From: a virus | DNA length: 64,000 nucleotides | Direction: 5' to 3' (one strand) | Virus record (IMG/VR): IMGVR_UViG_3300025770_000656 | Part shown: in pieces, positions 8,891 through 19,306 of the stretch | How the letters are laid out: the number at the start of each line of letters is the position of its first letter | Numbering within the stretch: position 1 is the first letter of the stretch | Notes under the pieces: generated by a model | What the model was told of the DNA's origin: nothing | Seen by the model: the letters and a program-made list of their open reading frames with translations, nothing else | The model's database searches: none | Translations under genes and position numbers: made by a program

Positions 8891-10082
8891 ACGTAAAAAG
8901 AAAACAGCAACAGCCAGGAGAACAAAAACTGGTATTGGAGCAGTGTCACATAACAAAGGATATCGTTTCTTTTGTCAAATCGTTCATCGCGATGTTGAAA
9001 CAAAAGAGTATGGAAACGTTATTAAGGGATATGTGAGGAAAGCCTTTGATAAGAAAACAGCACAGGCTATATGCGCTAACCACGATAGTAAGATAGCAAA
9101 CAGTGGAATGGCCGCATGGTGTTATTGGACTAGTGTTCACATGGATAAGCCATTCGCTAAAGGTGATTTCGGTCCGTGTGCTGGTGCTAAAAATGATGAA
9201 GATTCTTATACTCAGAGCACTGAGTACTATACAAATAAATTTAATGAACTGGCTGAGTCTGGTAAATCCCTTGTTGATGCAAAAAAGCAAGAAGAAAAAG
9301 CTAGTAGCAACGTACATAAGCCTAGTATTCAAGAGCGTATGCGGGAACAACTCAGCGAACTTATTGGTGAACTAGAAGAACTTGTAGACCAACAGCCTAG
9401 TAAAGATATTCCAAAGATTTTTGATTGGTTAAAAACGAACAATGTAGCTCAAGCACACATTAACAAGATTCGTGCTTATTATGAGCCAATGGCGGCTGAA
9501 TTTACGTTATTGCAAAATTTCCCCTCGTCTGCAAAACTTAAAAAAATGTCAGAAAGCGAACAAGATAACTGGGAACAAATTAGAGAAGGATATTCTTGTT
9601 ACAGCAAACAAGAAATTGCTATGTTTTCTAAGTTTTATGATAGCCTGTTTGGCGATCTGGATGCATATGCTAACCTTAAGAAAGCAAATCGTGCAACTCG
9701 TAAGCCCAAGCCTAAGAGTGCTGATAAGCTCGTATCAAAGCTCAAATACAAGAAAGATGATACTAGATATAAAGCAGTTAGCATTGATCCTACTAAGATT
9801 ATCGGTGCTACTGAGCTCTGGGTGTTTAATACAAAAAACCGCAAGCTAGGCAAATATGTTGCACTAGAGCATGGCGAGTTTTCAATAAAAGGGACAACCT
9901 TACAGTTCTTTGATGAGAATCTAAGTGTACAAAAGACACTACGTAAGCCTGAACAGAAACTTAAAGAGTTTGGCAAGGCAGGAAAAGTAGCTCTACGTAA
10001 ATTCTTAGAAGATATTAAAGCTACTGAGACTAAAATGAACGGAAGGCTTAACGAACACACGGTGCTACTAAAGGTTTCCTAA
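8874..10082 (+). CDS. Lys-rich hypothetical protein
   Basis: ~402 aa from ATG 8874 (GGAG upstream); basic C-terminal domain (ELWVFNTKNRKLGKYVA...QKTLRKPE). Confidence 0.7.
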   Translation: MATTVKRKKKTATARRTKTGIGAVSHNKGYRFFCQIVHRDVETKEYGNVIKGYVRKAFDKKTAQAICANHDSKIANSGMAAWCYWTSVHMDKPFAKGDFGPCAGAKNDEDSYTQSTEYYTNKFNELAESGKSLVDAKKQEEKASSNVHKPSIQERMREQLSELIGELEELVDQQPSKDIPKIFDWLKTNNVAQAHINKIRAYYEPMAAEFTLLQNFPSSAKLKKMSESEQDNWEQIREGYSCYSKQEIAMFSKFYDSLFGDLDAYANLKKANRATRKPKPKSADKLVSKLKYKKDDTRYKAVSIDPTKIIGATELWVFNTKNRKLGKYVALEHGEFSIKGTTLQFFDENLSVQKTLRKPEQKLKEFGKAGKVALRKFLEDIKATETKMNGRLNEHTVLLKVS

Positions 10083-10107
10083 TAAATACTACTGTTAGGA
10101 AACATGC

Positions 10108-10863
10108 ATGGCAGATTTAACGACACTACGTAAAGATATTCAAGATTACATCTACTTGCGCCTGGGTGGCGACATGGTTGATGTAGAACTTGACCCAGCG
10201 CATTATGACATGTGCATTGATAAGTCACTAGAACGATATAGACAACGTGCCCAGTCCAGTGTAGAAAGTAGCTATGTGTTCTTAACCATTGTTGCAGATC
10301 AACAGGAGTATGTTCTTCCTGATGAGATACAAGAGGTAAGACAAGTATTTCGCCGCAGTGTAGGCAGTGGATCAGGCGATACTGGTACACAATTTGAACC
10401 ATTCGAAGCAGCCTTTGTTAACACTTATCTGCTACAAGCAGGTAGAGTTGGCGGACAGGCTACTTACGAAATGTACTATCAGTATCAAGAAATGAGTGCA
10501 AGGCTGTTTGGTGGCTTTATTAACTTTGAATGGAATAGTGTTAGTAAAACACTTACCTTGTTGCGTAAATTTAGTGATGGTGGCGAAGACGTAGTTCTTT
10601 GGTGTTATAACAAGAGACCAGAGACTGGATTGCTACAAGACACAAACGTGGCACCTTGGATTAAAGACTACAGTTTAGCTGTAGCCAAGTTTACATTAGG
10701 CGAAGCACGAAGCAAGTTTAGTACTATTGCTGGTCCGCAGGGCGGAACAAGCCTAAATGGAGATACGCTCAAAGCAGAAGCACAAGCTGAAATGGCTGCG
10801 TTAGAAGACGATCTCAAGAACTATGTAGACGGTTCCGATCCACTCAGCTTTCTAATAGGATGA
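10108..10863 (+). CDS. gp13: neck protein/head-tail adaptor (T4 gp13-like)
   Basis: YIYLRLGGDMVDVELD...WIKDYSLAVAKFTLGEARSKFSTIAGPQGGTSLNGDTLKAEA; late promoter at 10081. Confidence 0.8.
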   Translation: MADLTTLRKDIQDYIYLRLGGDMVDVELDPAHYDMCIDKSLERYRQRAQSSVESSYVFLTIVADQQEYVLPDEIQEVRQVFRRSVGSGSGDTGTQFEPFEAAFVNTYLLQAGRVGGQATYEMYYQYQEMSARLFGGFINFEWNSVSKTLTLLRKFSDGGEDVVLWCYNKRPETGLLQDTNVAPWIKDYSLAVAKFTLGEARSKFSTIAGPQGGTSLNGDTLKAEAQAEMAALEDDLKNYVDGSDPLSFLIG

Positions 10864-11682
10864 GAAGTAGTCTTCGAATAATTCCTTTTGAGATTTATCA
10901 CACTTCATGCCCTTGCTGCTATTTTCACTAAGTGATATAACCCTGAGATTGGTCCAATGACCTAGTATATATGGTGGTATGTTGTCAAGAAATCCTTGGC
11001 CTATGCTATAAATATGATCCAATGCATTATCACTTCGATTTAACCTATCCGGATTTATGTCATCGAAGTTATTTTTCCAACTCTGATCGGTGTAATACCA
11101 CACAGCATCATGATATAGCCGTTTGCGCGGTCTATCCTTCTTAGGAACAGCACCCCGTTCTACCCATTTATCAGAAATCTTGTCTCTAACCCATTTGAGA
11201 TGAGACGGATTGTCTACCCCATATCTTCTTTGCATGGTTTGTTTGGTGTTCTGTGCTCTTACTCGTTTAGTTTCCTCTGACAGAACAGACAGTTTTCTTC
11301 TACCTTCAGACCATGCCAAGTGATTAGAGTTGGCTCGTTTTTTTCTAGCTTCGGCGGTTTGATTTTTAGTTGTGCCTGTTAAATTTAGATAGGTCATTTT
11401 TGACGATCGATTGATAAATTTTAAATAACGATTTTCCCACCACTTAACATATTCACCTGATACGGGACACAATGGTCTTATGTAACAGTCATTTAGGATA
11501 TGCCAACACCGTTGTTTTGGTTTGCTATTGTATGGTAAGAATTCTGTAAGTGCAGTTATTTGATCCCAAAGATTGGGATTTCTCTTATATAGCCACCTTA
11601 TGGCGTGTCGATCACTGAATCCGTCGTCGAATTTGCTTAAATATTGTTCGAGCTCATGTTTTGTGTTATTATAAATAATCAT
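10852..11682 (-). CDS. putative HNH-type homing endonuclease
   Basis: RRYGVDNPSHL DNA-binding-type motif and C-terminal ALDHIYSI...HWTNLRVISLSENSSKG HNH-like motif; free-standing and convergent on gp13. Confidence 0.6.
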   Translation of the reverse strand: MIIYNNTKHELEQYLSKFDDGFSDRHAIRWLYKRNPNLWDQITALTEFLPYNSKPKQRCWHILNDCYIRPLCPVSGEYVKWWENRYLKFINRSSKMTYLNLTGTTKNQTAEARKKRANSNHLAWSEGRRKLSVLSEETKRVRAQNTKQTMQRRYGVDNPSHLKWVRDKISDKWVERGAVPKKDRPRKRLYHDAVWYYTDQSWKNNFDDINPDRLNRSDNALDHIYSIGQGFLDNIPPYILGHWTNLRVISLSENSSKGMKCDKSQKELFEDYFSSY

Positions 11683-11793
11683 GCTGATTGCTCCCTATAA
11701 GCGTTAGAGTAGTTGGGTGTTTCCGCACCGCGAACTACGTTTTATTTATCTTTTATTATTGGATAAACTTAAAAACTTTGTTATAATATAATC

Positions 11794-12405
11794 ATGATTA
11801 TAGGATTGATAGGACTTATAGGTTCTGGCAAAGGCACTGTTGGCGATATGCTAATAGAGCAAGGATACCAGCATCAGAGCTTTGCTACTCCGTTAAAAGA
11901 TGCTTGTGCAAGTATTTTTAATTGGGATAGACAGATGCTTGAAGGTGATACCTTACAGAGCAGATCGTGGAGAGAACAGGCAGATCCATGGTGGAGTAAG
12001 CGTCTTAACATCCCAGAATTTACTCCGCGGCTAGCATTACAACTAGTTGGAACAGACGTTTTCCGTAACCATTTCCATCAAGACATTTGGATACTAAGCA
12101 TGAAGTCTAGATTGCAAGGTAACATTGTAATTACTGATGCTAGGTTTCCTAATGAAGTTAATATGATTAGAAACGTTGGTGGAGTAATTGTACGTGTTAA
12201 ACGAGGCGATGATCCAGAATGGTTTGACATTGCGGCTAAAAAACCTGATAGTATGGCAACACTATTTCCTGATACTCATGCAAGTGAGTATAGTTGGTGT
12301 GGCACTCAGCCAGATTATATGATACTAAATGACGGAAGTTTACAAGATTTACAAAGTACTGTTACAGATCTTCTTCAAGATCTCCCTGAGTCCAGCCAGT
12401 CTTAG
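11794..12405 (+). CDS. gp1: deoxynucleoside monophosphate kinase (T4 gp1-like)
   Basis: IIGLIGLIGSGKGTV P-loop; SFATPLKD; PRLALQLVGTDVFR; VITDARFPNE; HASE. Confidence 0.9.
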   Translation: MIIGLIGLIGSGKGTVGDMLIEQGYQHQSFATPLKDACASIFNWDRQMLEGDTLQSRSWREQADPWWSKRLNIPEFTPRLALQLVGTDVFRNHFHQDIWILSMKSRLQGNIVITDARFPNEVNMIRNVGGVIVRVKRGDDPEWFDIAAKKPDSMATLFPDTHASEYSWCGTQPDYMILNDGSLQDLQSTVTDLLQDLPESSQS

Positions 12406-12703
12406 ATAATTCAAAATTACAATTTAAGCATACTGTTTTTAAATTCTGAACAGCAATTTGTTGTTGGTTTCTACTAATATTAAAAACACGCAACTGCTCT
12501 AGCATTGCTGGTTTAAACCCACACTTTTCACACGTATTTTTTTTCTTGTAGCCTGCTAACTGCCATCTTTCTTTAGATGCAGATTTCTTTTTAGCATTGT
12601 TCCTGTTGCACCTATCACACAATTTTCTATAGTAAATTTTGCCATGTTTGTGGTAGTTTATAGCTCTAGGATACGTGCCGCATTGTAAACATAACTGGCG
12701 CAT
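12362..12703 (-). CDS. Zn-finger protein with degenerate HNH-like C-terminus
   Basis: Four CxxC pairs (CLQC, CDRC, CEKC, CLNC) and NLKTVCLNC. Confidence 0.55.
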   Translation of the reverse strand: MRQLCLQCGTYPRAINYHKHGKIYYRKLCDRCNRNNAKKKSASKERWQLAGYKKKNTCEKCGFKPAMLEQLRVFNISRNQQQIAVQNLKTVCLNCNFELSKTGWTQGDLEEDL

Positions 12704-12810
12704 GCATATACTTATCGTAATGAACCTTTAAAGGGCATGCCTAAGACAGGGTATTTGAAGTTAATAACATAAATACTGCAAAGGAATTCTTTGCAAAGGA
12801 ATATAGAAAT

Positions 12811-15800
12811 ATGGCTTTAACTTCACCAGGCGTAGAAGTCACGGTAATAGACGAAAGCAATTATGTTGCTAATCAAGCAGGAACAGTAGCTTCAATCATT
12901 ATTGCGACCGCCCAAGATAAGACAAGTGGAACCGGAACTGGCACAGCCGCCGGCACCACATCAGCAAATGCTGGAAAAACATACTTAATCGGTAGTCAGA
13001 GGGATTTGGTATCCACATTTGGAAATCCAAGTTTTTACCAAACTGCTGCAGGTACACCAATTCATGGATATGAAATTAACGAATACGGATTAATGGCAGC
13101 GTATAGTTTACTCGGTGTTAGTAACCGAGTTTATGTAACTCGCGCCGCAGTTGACTTATCTGAGTTAGCTAACTCAACGTCACGCCCAGTAGGATCACCA
13201 GCTGGCGGAACAATTTGGTTTGATACTGGAGATACACGATGGGGTGTATTTGAGTGGACTAAGTCATCTGATACCTTTACTAACAAATCAGATATTATTG
13301 TTATTACTAGTGCAACTGACTTAACTGGCGGTGTTCCAAAGACAAGTATCGGAGCCATTGGTTCTTATGCCGTTGTTGCTACTAACGTTAGCAACCCATT
13401 ATACTACAAAAATCGTAGCAATGCTTGGGTACTAGTAGGTAGTACGTCATGGCAAACATCATGGCCATCAATTGCAGGCACAAGTGCAAGTCCAACCCTT
13501 ACAAACAATAACAGTATTGTACTTAATGGCACCACTGTTACACTAAGTGGAACGACTGTAGCACAACTTGCTGCTAATATTAATAGTGCAAGCATCACAG
13601 GTGTTACAGCAGACGCAGTGGATAACAAAATTGAAATTTACGCTACAAGTTCTGCAGCAAGTGATGGTTCAACCACAGATGGTAAAGTTATACTAGCAAA
13701 TGGATCAGGAACTATATTAACAAACACTGGCTTAACAGCAGGAACATATGCATGTCCAAAGATTCAACAAAGTGAACATTACAGTGTCCCAGAGTACAAA
13801 ACTACAGACACAACACCACGCCCAACAGGCAGTATTTGGATTAAAACAACAGCTATAAATACTGGTGCAAGTTTTGATATTAGTGTATATGATACTGCAA
13901 CTGCTGCATTTACATCAGTTGATGCGCCACTTTACGAAAATGATCAAACTGCACTTAAAAATCTAGATACAACTGGTGGTAAAGCTATTGCAGTAGGAAC
14001 ATATTATGTACAGTATGACGTTTCAGAAAACGACACAGTGACATATAAAATTTTCCGAAGATATGCCGCTGGTATTTTGGAAGTTACAGGTAATATTGAT
14101 GCTGCAACTCCGCTTACTGGAAGTGAGCAATTTACTATCCAAGCTAGTGCAGCAAATAGTACAACGCTAACCAGTGCAGCAACAGTAACACTAAGTGGTA
14201 CTTCATTAGCAGATATGGCTAGCGATATTAACGCAGCAAACGTTGCAAATGTAAGTGCCGCAGTAACCTCAGACGGGTTTTTAACAATCTCGCATACCCT
14301 GGGCGGAAGTTTAATTCTTAAAGATACAAGTGGTACACCACTTACAGATGCAGGAATTGTAACTACAATAACAACTGGACAGGTACGTGCTGGTAATAAC
14401 AGTGACTTAATTGTAAGTAACTGGGTTGCTCCAACACATACAGCTAGTGCAACTTCACCAAGTGCAGATCCAACAGCAGATCGTTATTGGTATCATGGTG
14501 GCACAGAAGCTGACATCTTAATTAGTGACGGAACGATCTGGAAAGGTTATCAAAACGTAACCAGTGATGCACGTGGGTTTAACCTTAGTAATACTGATCC
14601 CGCCGGTGTAATTTTTAGCGCAACTGCTCCCAGTACGCAGAGCGACGAAACTGCACTAGTAGTTGGTGACTTATGGTTAGATACAAGCGACTTAGAAAAC
14701 TATCCAAAATTATACCGTTATCAAGTAGTATCAAGTGAGAATCGCTGGGTACTAATCGATAATACAGATCAAACAACTGAAGATGGTATACTGTTTGCTG
14801 ATGCTCGTTATATGGGAGATACAAGCACAGATATTGTTACTGGAACACTAACAACAACTAAAGCATTACTAACAAGTGATGTTGTTGATATTGACAAACC
14901 AGATCCAACATTATACCCAAGAGGCATGTTACTGTTTAACACACGCCGTAGTAGTTATAATGTTAAGCAGTTTAAGAGTGATTACTTTAGCAGAACTAAT
15001 TTCTCAGATACTACACTTTACCCAACACTTCCAACAGAAAAGGATGCATGGGTAACAGCAAGCGGCAACAAGAGTGACGGCTCACCATTCATGGGACGAA
15101 AAGCAGTACGTACAGTTGTTGCAGCAAGTATGAAGTCAGCTATTGATAGTAGTGAAGAACTTCGTGAAGATGCAAGAACATTTAATATAATTGCTGCACC
15201 TGGATATCCAGAGCTTATTCCTAACATGGTTAGTTTAAACAATGATAGACGTACTACTGGCTTCGTAGTTGGCGATACTCCGCTACGTTTAGCAGCAACA
15301 GGTACAGCAATTTCTAGTTGGGCAAGCAATCAAGTTGCTGCCGCAGTAGATGGTGAAGATGGTTTAACCACTGTTGATCCCTACTTAGGTGTGTTTTATC
15401 CAGCAGGACAAACTAATGATCTAAGTGGAAACACTATTGTAGTTCCATCAAGTCATATGGCACTTAGAACAATTAGCAGAAGCGATGATCAGAGTTTCCC
15501 ATGGCTAGCACCAGCTGGTAGCCGACGTGGACTTGTTGATAATGCAACTGCTATTGGTTACATTAATAGCGCAACAGGTGAATTTACAGGTGATAATATT
15601 AGAGAAAGCCTACGTGATACACTGTATCAACAAAAAGTAAATCCAATTACATTCTTTAATGGTGTTGGAATTATGAACTACGGCAATAAAACAAGAGCAT
15701 CAACACCAAGCTCACTAGACCGTATTAACGTTGCAAGGCTTGTTGCATACCTACGTAAAACAATGCAAGAAACTGCACTAGGCTTTGTGTTCGAACCCAA

Positions 15801-16059
15801 TGATAAAATCACTAGAGACGAACTAAAAGAGCAAGTAGAGCAGTTGATGAATGATTTGGTAGCAAAACGTGGCATTTACGATTACTTGGTAGTGTGTGAC
15901 GATACAAATAACACGCCAACAAGAATTGACCGTAATGAGCTATATGTAGACATTGCTATTGAACCAGTTAAAGCAGCAGAGTTCATCTTTATTCCAATTA
16001 GATTGAAAAATACAGGTGAGATTTCAAGTGGTAACGTAGCCGCAGCAAACGCTGTTTAA
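12811..16059 (+). CDS. gp18: tail sheath protein
   Basis: MALTSPGVEVTVIDES N-terminus; C-terminal WLAPAGSRRG...NPITFF...GNKT...RINVARL...FVFEPND...YLVVCDDTNNTPTRIDRNELYVDIAIEPVKAAEFIFI. Confidence 0.95.
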   Translation: MALTSPGVEVTVIDESNYVANQAGTVASIIIATAQDKTSGTGTGTAAGTTSANAGKTYLIGSQRDLVSTFGNPSFYQTAAGTPIHGYEINEYGLMAAYSLLGVSNRVYVTRAAVDLSELANSTSRPVGSPAGGTIWFDTGDTRWGVFEWTKSSDTFTNKSDIIVITSATDLTGGVPKTSIGAIGSYAVVATNVSNPLYYKNRSNAWVLVGSTSWQTSWPSIAGTSASPTLTNNNSIVLNGTTVTLSGTTVAQLAANINSASITGVTADAVDNKIEIYATSSAASDGSTTDGKVILANGSGTILTNTGLTAGTYACPKIQQSEHYSVPEYKTTDTTPRPTGSIWIKTTAINTGASFDISVYDTATAAFTSVDAPLYENDQTALKNLDTTGGKAIAVGTYYVQYDVSENDTVTYKIFRRYAAGILEVTGNIDAATPLTGSEQFTIQASAANSTTLTSAATVTLSGTSLADMASDINAANVANVSAAVTSDGFLTISHTLGGSLILKDTSGTPLTDAGIVTTITTGQVRAGNNSDLIVSNWVAPTHTASATSPSADPTADRYWYHGGTEADILISDGTIWKGYQNVTSDARGFNLSNTDPAGVIFSATAPSTQSDETALVVGDLWLDTSDLENYPKLYRYQVVSSENRWVLIDNTDQTTEDGILFADARYMGDTSTDIVTGTLTTTKALLTSDVVDIDKPDPTLYPRGMLLFNTRRSSYNVKQFKSDYFSRTNFSDTTLYPTLPTEKDAWVTASGNKSDGSPFMGRKAVRTVVAASMKSAIDSSEELREDARTFNIIAAPGYPELIPNMVSLNNDRRTTGFVVGDTPLRLAATGTAISSWASNQVAAAVDGEDGLTTVDPYLGVFYPAGQTNDLSGNTIVVPSSHMALRTISRSDDQSFPWLAPAGSRRGLVDNATAIGYINSATGEFTGDNIRESLRDTLYQQKVNPITFFNGVGIMNYGNKTRASTPSSLDRINVARLVAYLRKTMQETALGFVFEPNDKITRDELKEQVEQLMNDLVAKRGIYDYLVVCDDTNNTPTRIDRNELYVDIAIEPVKAAEFIFIPIRLKNTGEISSGNVAAANAV

Positions 16060-16080
16060 CGTACCTAGAAAGCATGAAAT

Positions 16081-16113
16081 AATGGGGCGGTTGTAGAAAT
16101 TGCCCCATTTTTC
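16081..16113 (+). terminator. intrinsic terminator
   Basis: AATGGGGCGGTT...AATTGCCCCATT followed by a T-run after the sheath gene. Confidence 0.65.
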
Positions 16114-16159
16114 ATGAACACTTTCAGATAAATATTATTATATTAAGGAGGCAGATTAC

Positions 16160-16777
16160 ATGTCAGTTTCATCATTATTAAAATTTACTGTACCTTTAGA
16201 CAGTGATCAGTCAGCTAATGCACAAGGCTTGTTAATGCCTAAACTAAAGTATCGGTTCCGTGCATTGTTTGAGAATCTTGGCGTGTCTACTCCACGTACA
16301 GAATTAACAAAGCAGGTAATGGATATTACCCGCCCTAGCATTACATTTGAAGAAATGGAAGTTCCAATTTATAACTCACGTGTTTTCCTAGCTGGTAAGC
16401 ATAGTTGGGATATGGTAACAGTTAATTTCCGCGACGATGTAAATGGTAGCGTAAGCAGGCTTCTTGGAGAGCAAGTGCAAAAGCAGTTCGACGTTATGGA
16501 ACAGGCTAGTGCAAGCGCAGGCATTGACTATAAGTTTATTACACGGTTTGAGATACTAGACGGTGGTAACGGAGCAAGCGAAGCTAACGTATTAGAAACT
16601 TGGGAATTATATGGTTGTTTCTTACAGAACGTCAACTATAATGATCTCAACTATGCGTCAAATGAACCAGTTACAATTGCAGCAAGCATAAGATTCGATA
16701 ATGCAATCCAAAGCCCAATTGGCGATGGTGTTGGTGCTACTGTTGCAAGAGCCGTAGGCCAAACCGTAACAGGTTAA
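16160..16777 (+). CDS. gp19: tail tube protein
   Basis: Directly follows the sheath gene; LAGKHSWDMVTVNFRDD, ETWELYGCF, LNYASNEPVTIAASIRFD. Confidence 0.85.
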   Translation: MSVSSLLKFTVPLDSDQSANAQGLLMPKLKYRFRALFENLGVSTPRTELTKQVMDITRPSITFEEMEVPIYNSRVFLAGKHSWDMVTVNFRDDVNGSVSRLLGEQVQKQFDVMEQASASAGIDYKFITRFEILDGGNGASEANVLETWELYGCFLQNVNYNDLNYASNEPVTIAASIRFDNAIQSPIGDGVGATVARAVGQTVTG

Positions 16778-16804
16778 TTTAAACAAGTAAAAGTTTTTAA
16801 GATA

Positions 16805-16835
16805 AGACCCTCCATTATATGGGGGGTTTTTTCTT
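16805..16835 (+). terminator. intrinsic terminator
   Basis: GACCCTCCA-ttata-TGGGGGGTT followed by TTTTCTT. Confidence 0.65.
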
Positions 16836-16864
16836 GTAATAAATACTGTATATAGGAGTACTCT

Positions 16865-18268
16865 GTGGCAAGCGTTAATAGCACATTAAATGCAATAGGT
16901 AAAAGCGATCAGATTAAAGATTTCGCACATGCCTCACGATTATTTGTTGACAATAATTATGAGTTACAACCACGTTACTCACACCTGTTTCATGTTGTTT
17001 TTAACTTGACACCACATGCGGCAAAATTATTTGGAAATCAAGAAAAACTAGAAATTAATATGCTGGTTAAAAGTATTGATTTGCCCAGCTTTAATATGGA
17101 TGTGCAAACACACAATCAATATAACAGACAGGTACATAGCCAGCATAAAATTAATTATAATCCGGTAGACATTGCATTTCATGATGATCAAAATGATTTA
17201 ATTAGAAGCCTGCTACACAGTTATGCTTCATTTTATTATCAAGATTCTCGGTATGCTAGCAACGATAGAGCTTATAGTACTAATGATAGATATGGAGCTT
17301 ACAGTAATAGCTCCTATGGTTTAGCTTCAGGACAAGATAGATTTTTTAGAGATATTAGAGTATATAGTATGCTACAAAAACGATTTGCAGAGTATACACT
17401 TATAAATCCTATTGTTAATACGTTTAAACACGATACTCATTCATATGCCAGTGGTAACTTAATGCAGCATACTATGCAAGTAAATTATGAAACTGTAAAA
17501 TATGCCACTGGGTTTGTTAACAATGTTAATCCTAAAGGCTTTGGTGAAGTTCATTATGACAAAACTCCAAGTCCACTGGGTGTATTTGGGGCTGGCACAG
17601 ATAATAGCATATTCTTCCGCGGCGGCTTTGTTGACGCAGTTAATACTGTAGCTAGAGATTTAGCAGATGGGAACATACTTGGCGCAATAGCACGTGGTGC
17701 TACTATTTTTAATAATACAAAAGATGTTGATCTTGGCAAAGTGTTAGAGAAAGACTTAACTAGAGTATTAGGCGGAGTACTGCGTGGCAAAAATCCACTA
17801 AGTGATGTCGTATTACCTAATATCTTTGGCCTTGACACTGGAAAACTTATTGGTGATATTGTTGGCACAAGCGATGATCGAGTAGGCGGTGCTGGCGCAC
17901 CAGTTGATCGTACGTTTAATCCTTCTGGAAATCAGCAAGTTGCATTTAGTAATGGCAGTAGTCGAAGTACATCAGTGTTTAACCAAGGAACAAGTTTTGT
18001 AGAAGATATTATCGATCGTGGACTTTCTGTAATTGCTCCTAGTTTGTCAAGATCGCCAGCAACGCCTAGATTTTTAAGTGATGGTACTAGAATTGTCTCG
18101 TCTAATTCGTTAACTAATTCAAAGCTATCCAATAAGACTTTCTTAGAAAATCGTATCCAGCAACTAGATGCTGAGATTGCGGACAATCCAAGAATTGTTC
18201 CTCAATTTGTTATTAACGAAAGAAATGCTATTAAACAAAGATTAGCATTGGAGTTCGGACTTAAATGA
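16865..18268 (+). CDS. tail-tube-related baseplate protein
   Basis: The N-half (VKSIDLPSFN...KINYNPVDIAFHDD...YE) resembles the tube/baseplate hub fold; GTG start with AGGAG RBS and a late promoter. Confidence 0.5.
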   Translation: MASVNSTLNAIGKSDQIKDFAHASRLFVDNNYELQPRYSHLFHVVFNLTPHAAKLFGNQEKLEINMLVKSIDLPSFNMDVQTHNQYNRQVHSQHKINYNPVDIAFHDDQNDLIRSLLHSYASFYYQDSRYASNDRAYSTNDRYGAYSNSSYGLASGQDRFFRDIRVYSMLQKRFAEYTLINPIVNTFKHDTHSYASGNLMQHTMQVNYETVKYATGFVNNVNPKGFGEVHYDKTPSPLGVFGAGTDNSIFFRGGFVDAVNTVARDLADGNILGAIARGATIFNNTKDVDLGKVLEKDLTRVLGGVLRGKNPLSDVVLPNIFGLDTGKLIGDIVGTSDDRVGGAGAPVDRTFNPSGNQQVAFSNGSSRSTSVFNQGTSFVEDIIDRGLSVIAPSLSRSPATPRFLSDGTRIVSSNSLTNSKLSNKTFLENRIQQLDAEIADNPRIVPQFVINERNAIKQRLALEFGLK

Positions 18269-18495
18269 CAGTTTGGAAAAAAATTAAACTATGGTTTGAC
18301 CCAGATCATAGACTAACAGTAGTGCATATGGGAAAAAAGAAAGTTTTTGAAGTTTGCTCCTTTAAGAGTAAAAAAGATACTAAACTTTCAGGAACTACTA
18401 TCGATGGGAAATCTTTCTTGTTAAAAAGCGAACTACCCATGGAGTATGAAATTATTCAAATGGATCTAGACGATAAAGCATATAAGGTAAAATAA
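18265..18495 (+). CDS. hypothetical protein
   Basis: 76 aa, overlaps the upstream stop. Confidence 0.5.
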   Translation: MTVWKKIKLWFDPDHRLTVVHMGKKKVFEVCSFKSKKDTKLSGTTIDGKSFLLKSELPMEYEIIQMDLDDKAYKVK

Positions 18496-18496
18496 A

Positions 18497-18862
18497 ATGA
18501 CAGACACTAGTTTACCAGTAGTTAATATTAACGATGAAATCGATAGAAGAGTAAATGCATACTTTGAACAATTCTTTTTAGCAAAAATTAAAATAACAGA
18601 AAACGACTATGAATTAATTAAATCATTCTGTATAGCTAGGACACAAAGTGAGACAGCCGCGGCTGCCTTGTCTGCAGCAATAATTAATGTAGTTAATGAA
18701 CTAGATTTATACGCACCAGATGTTATAGAGCAGTTTGCAAATTCTAATCCAAAAGCTACTATTCCGTTATTCCTTAATTTAAGTAGACAAGGAGTTAGCT
18801 TGCTTGGATATGTTAATGACAAAGTTGTTCCTCCAAGAGTAAAACAACAGATACTGACGTAA
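18497..18862 (+). CDS. hypothetical protein
   Basis: 121 aa, tightly packed in the operon. Confidence 0.65.
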   Translation: MTDTSLPVVNINDEIDRRVNAYFEQFFLAKIKITENDYELIKSFCIARTQSETAAAALSAAIINVVNELDLYAPDVIEQFANSNPKATIPLFLNLSRQGVSLLGYVNDKVVPPRVKQQILT

Positions 18863-18863
18863 T

Positions 18864-19298
18864 ATGGCAAATTGGGCAAATGGAATATATGAGGTTGCCA
18901 ACCCAGACAAATATGCAGGCAATCGCAAACCACGCTACAGAAGTAGCTGGGAACATGCATTTATGCGGTTTGCAGACAATCACCCCAGTATAATACAGTG
19001 GGCAAGTGAAAGCATAAAGATACCTTATAGAAATCCTCTAACAGGCAGACAAAGTGTATACGTGCCTGATTTTGTTTTAATTTACCAAGACAAGGGCGGA
19101 AAACGTAGAGGTGAGCTTATAGAAATTAAACCTAGTAGTCAGACAACAATGACCCCAAAGACTAGAGACAGAGAAAAATTGCAAATAGCCCTAAACCATG
19201 CCAAGTGGGAAGCCGCGGCAAAATGGTGTAGGCTTAAAGGATTGCATTTTAGGATAGTTACAGAACATGATATTTTTCATGGTGGAAATAAACGCTAA
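18864..19298 (+). CDS. gp4: head completion nuclease (T4 gp4-like, TnsA-type fold)
   Basis: YRSSWEHAFM...WASESIKIPYRNP...YVPDF...IEIKP...NHAKWEAA...FRIVTE. Confidence 0.85.
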   Translation: MANWANGIYEVANPDKYAGNRKPRYRSSWEHAFMRFADNHPSIIQWASESIKIPYRNPLTGRQSVYVPDFVLIYQDKGGKRRGELIEIKPSSQTTMTPKTRDREKLQIALNHAKWEAAAKWCRLKGLHFRIVTEHDIFHGGNKR

Positions 19299-19306
19299 GT
19301 ATTAAT

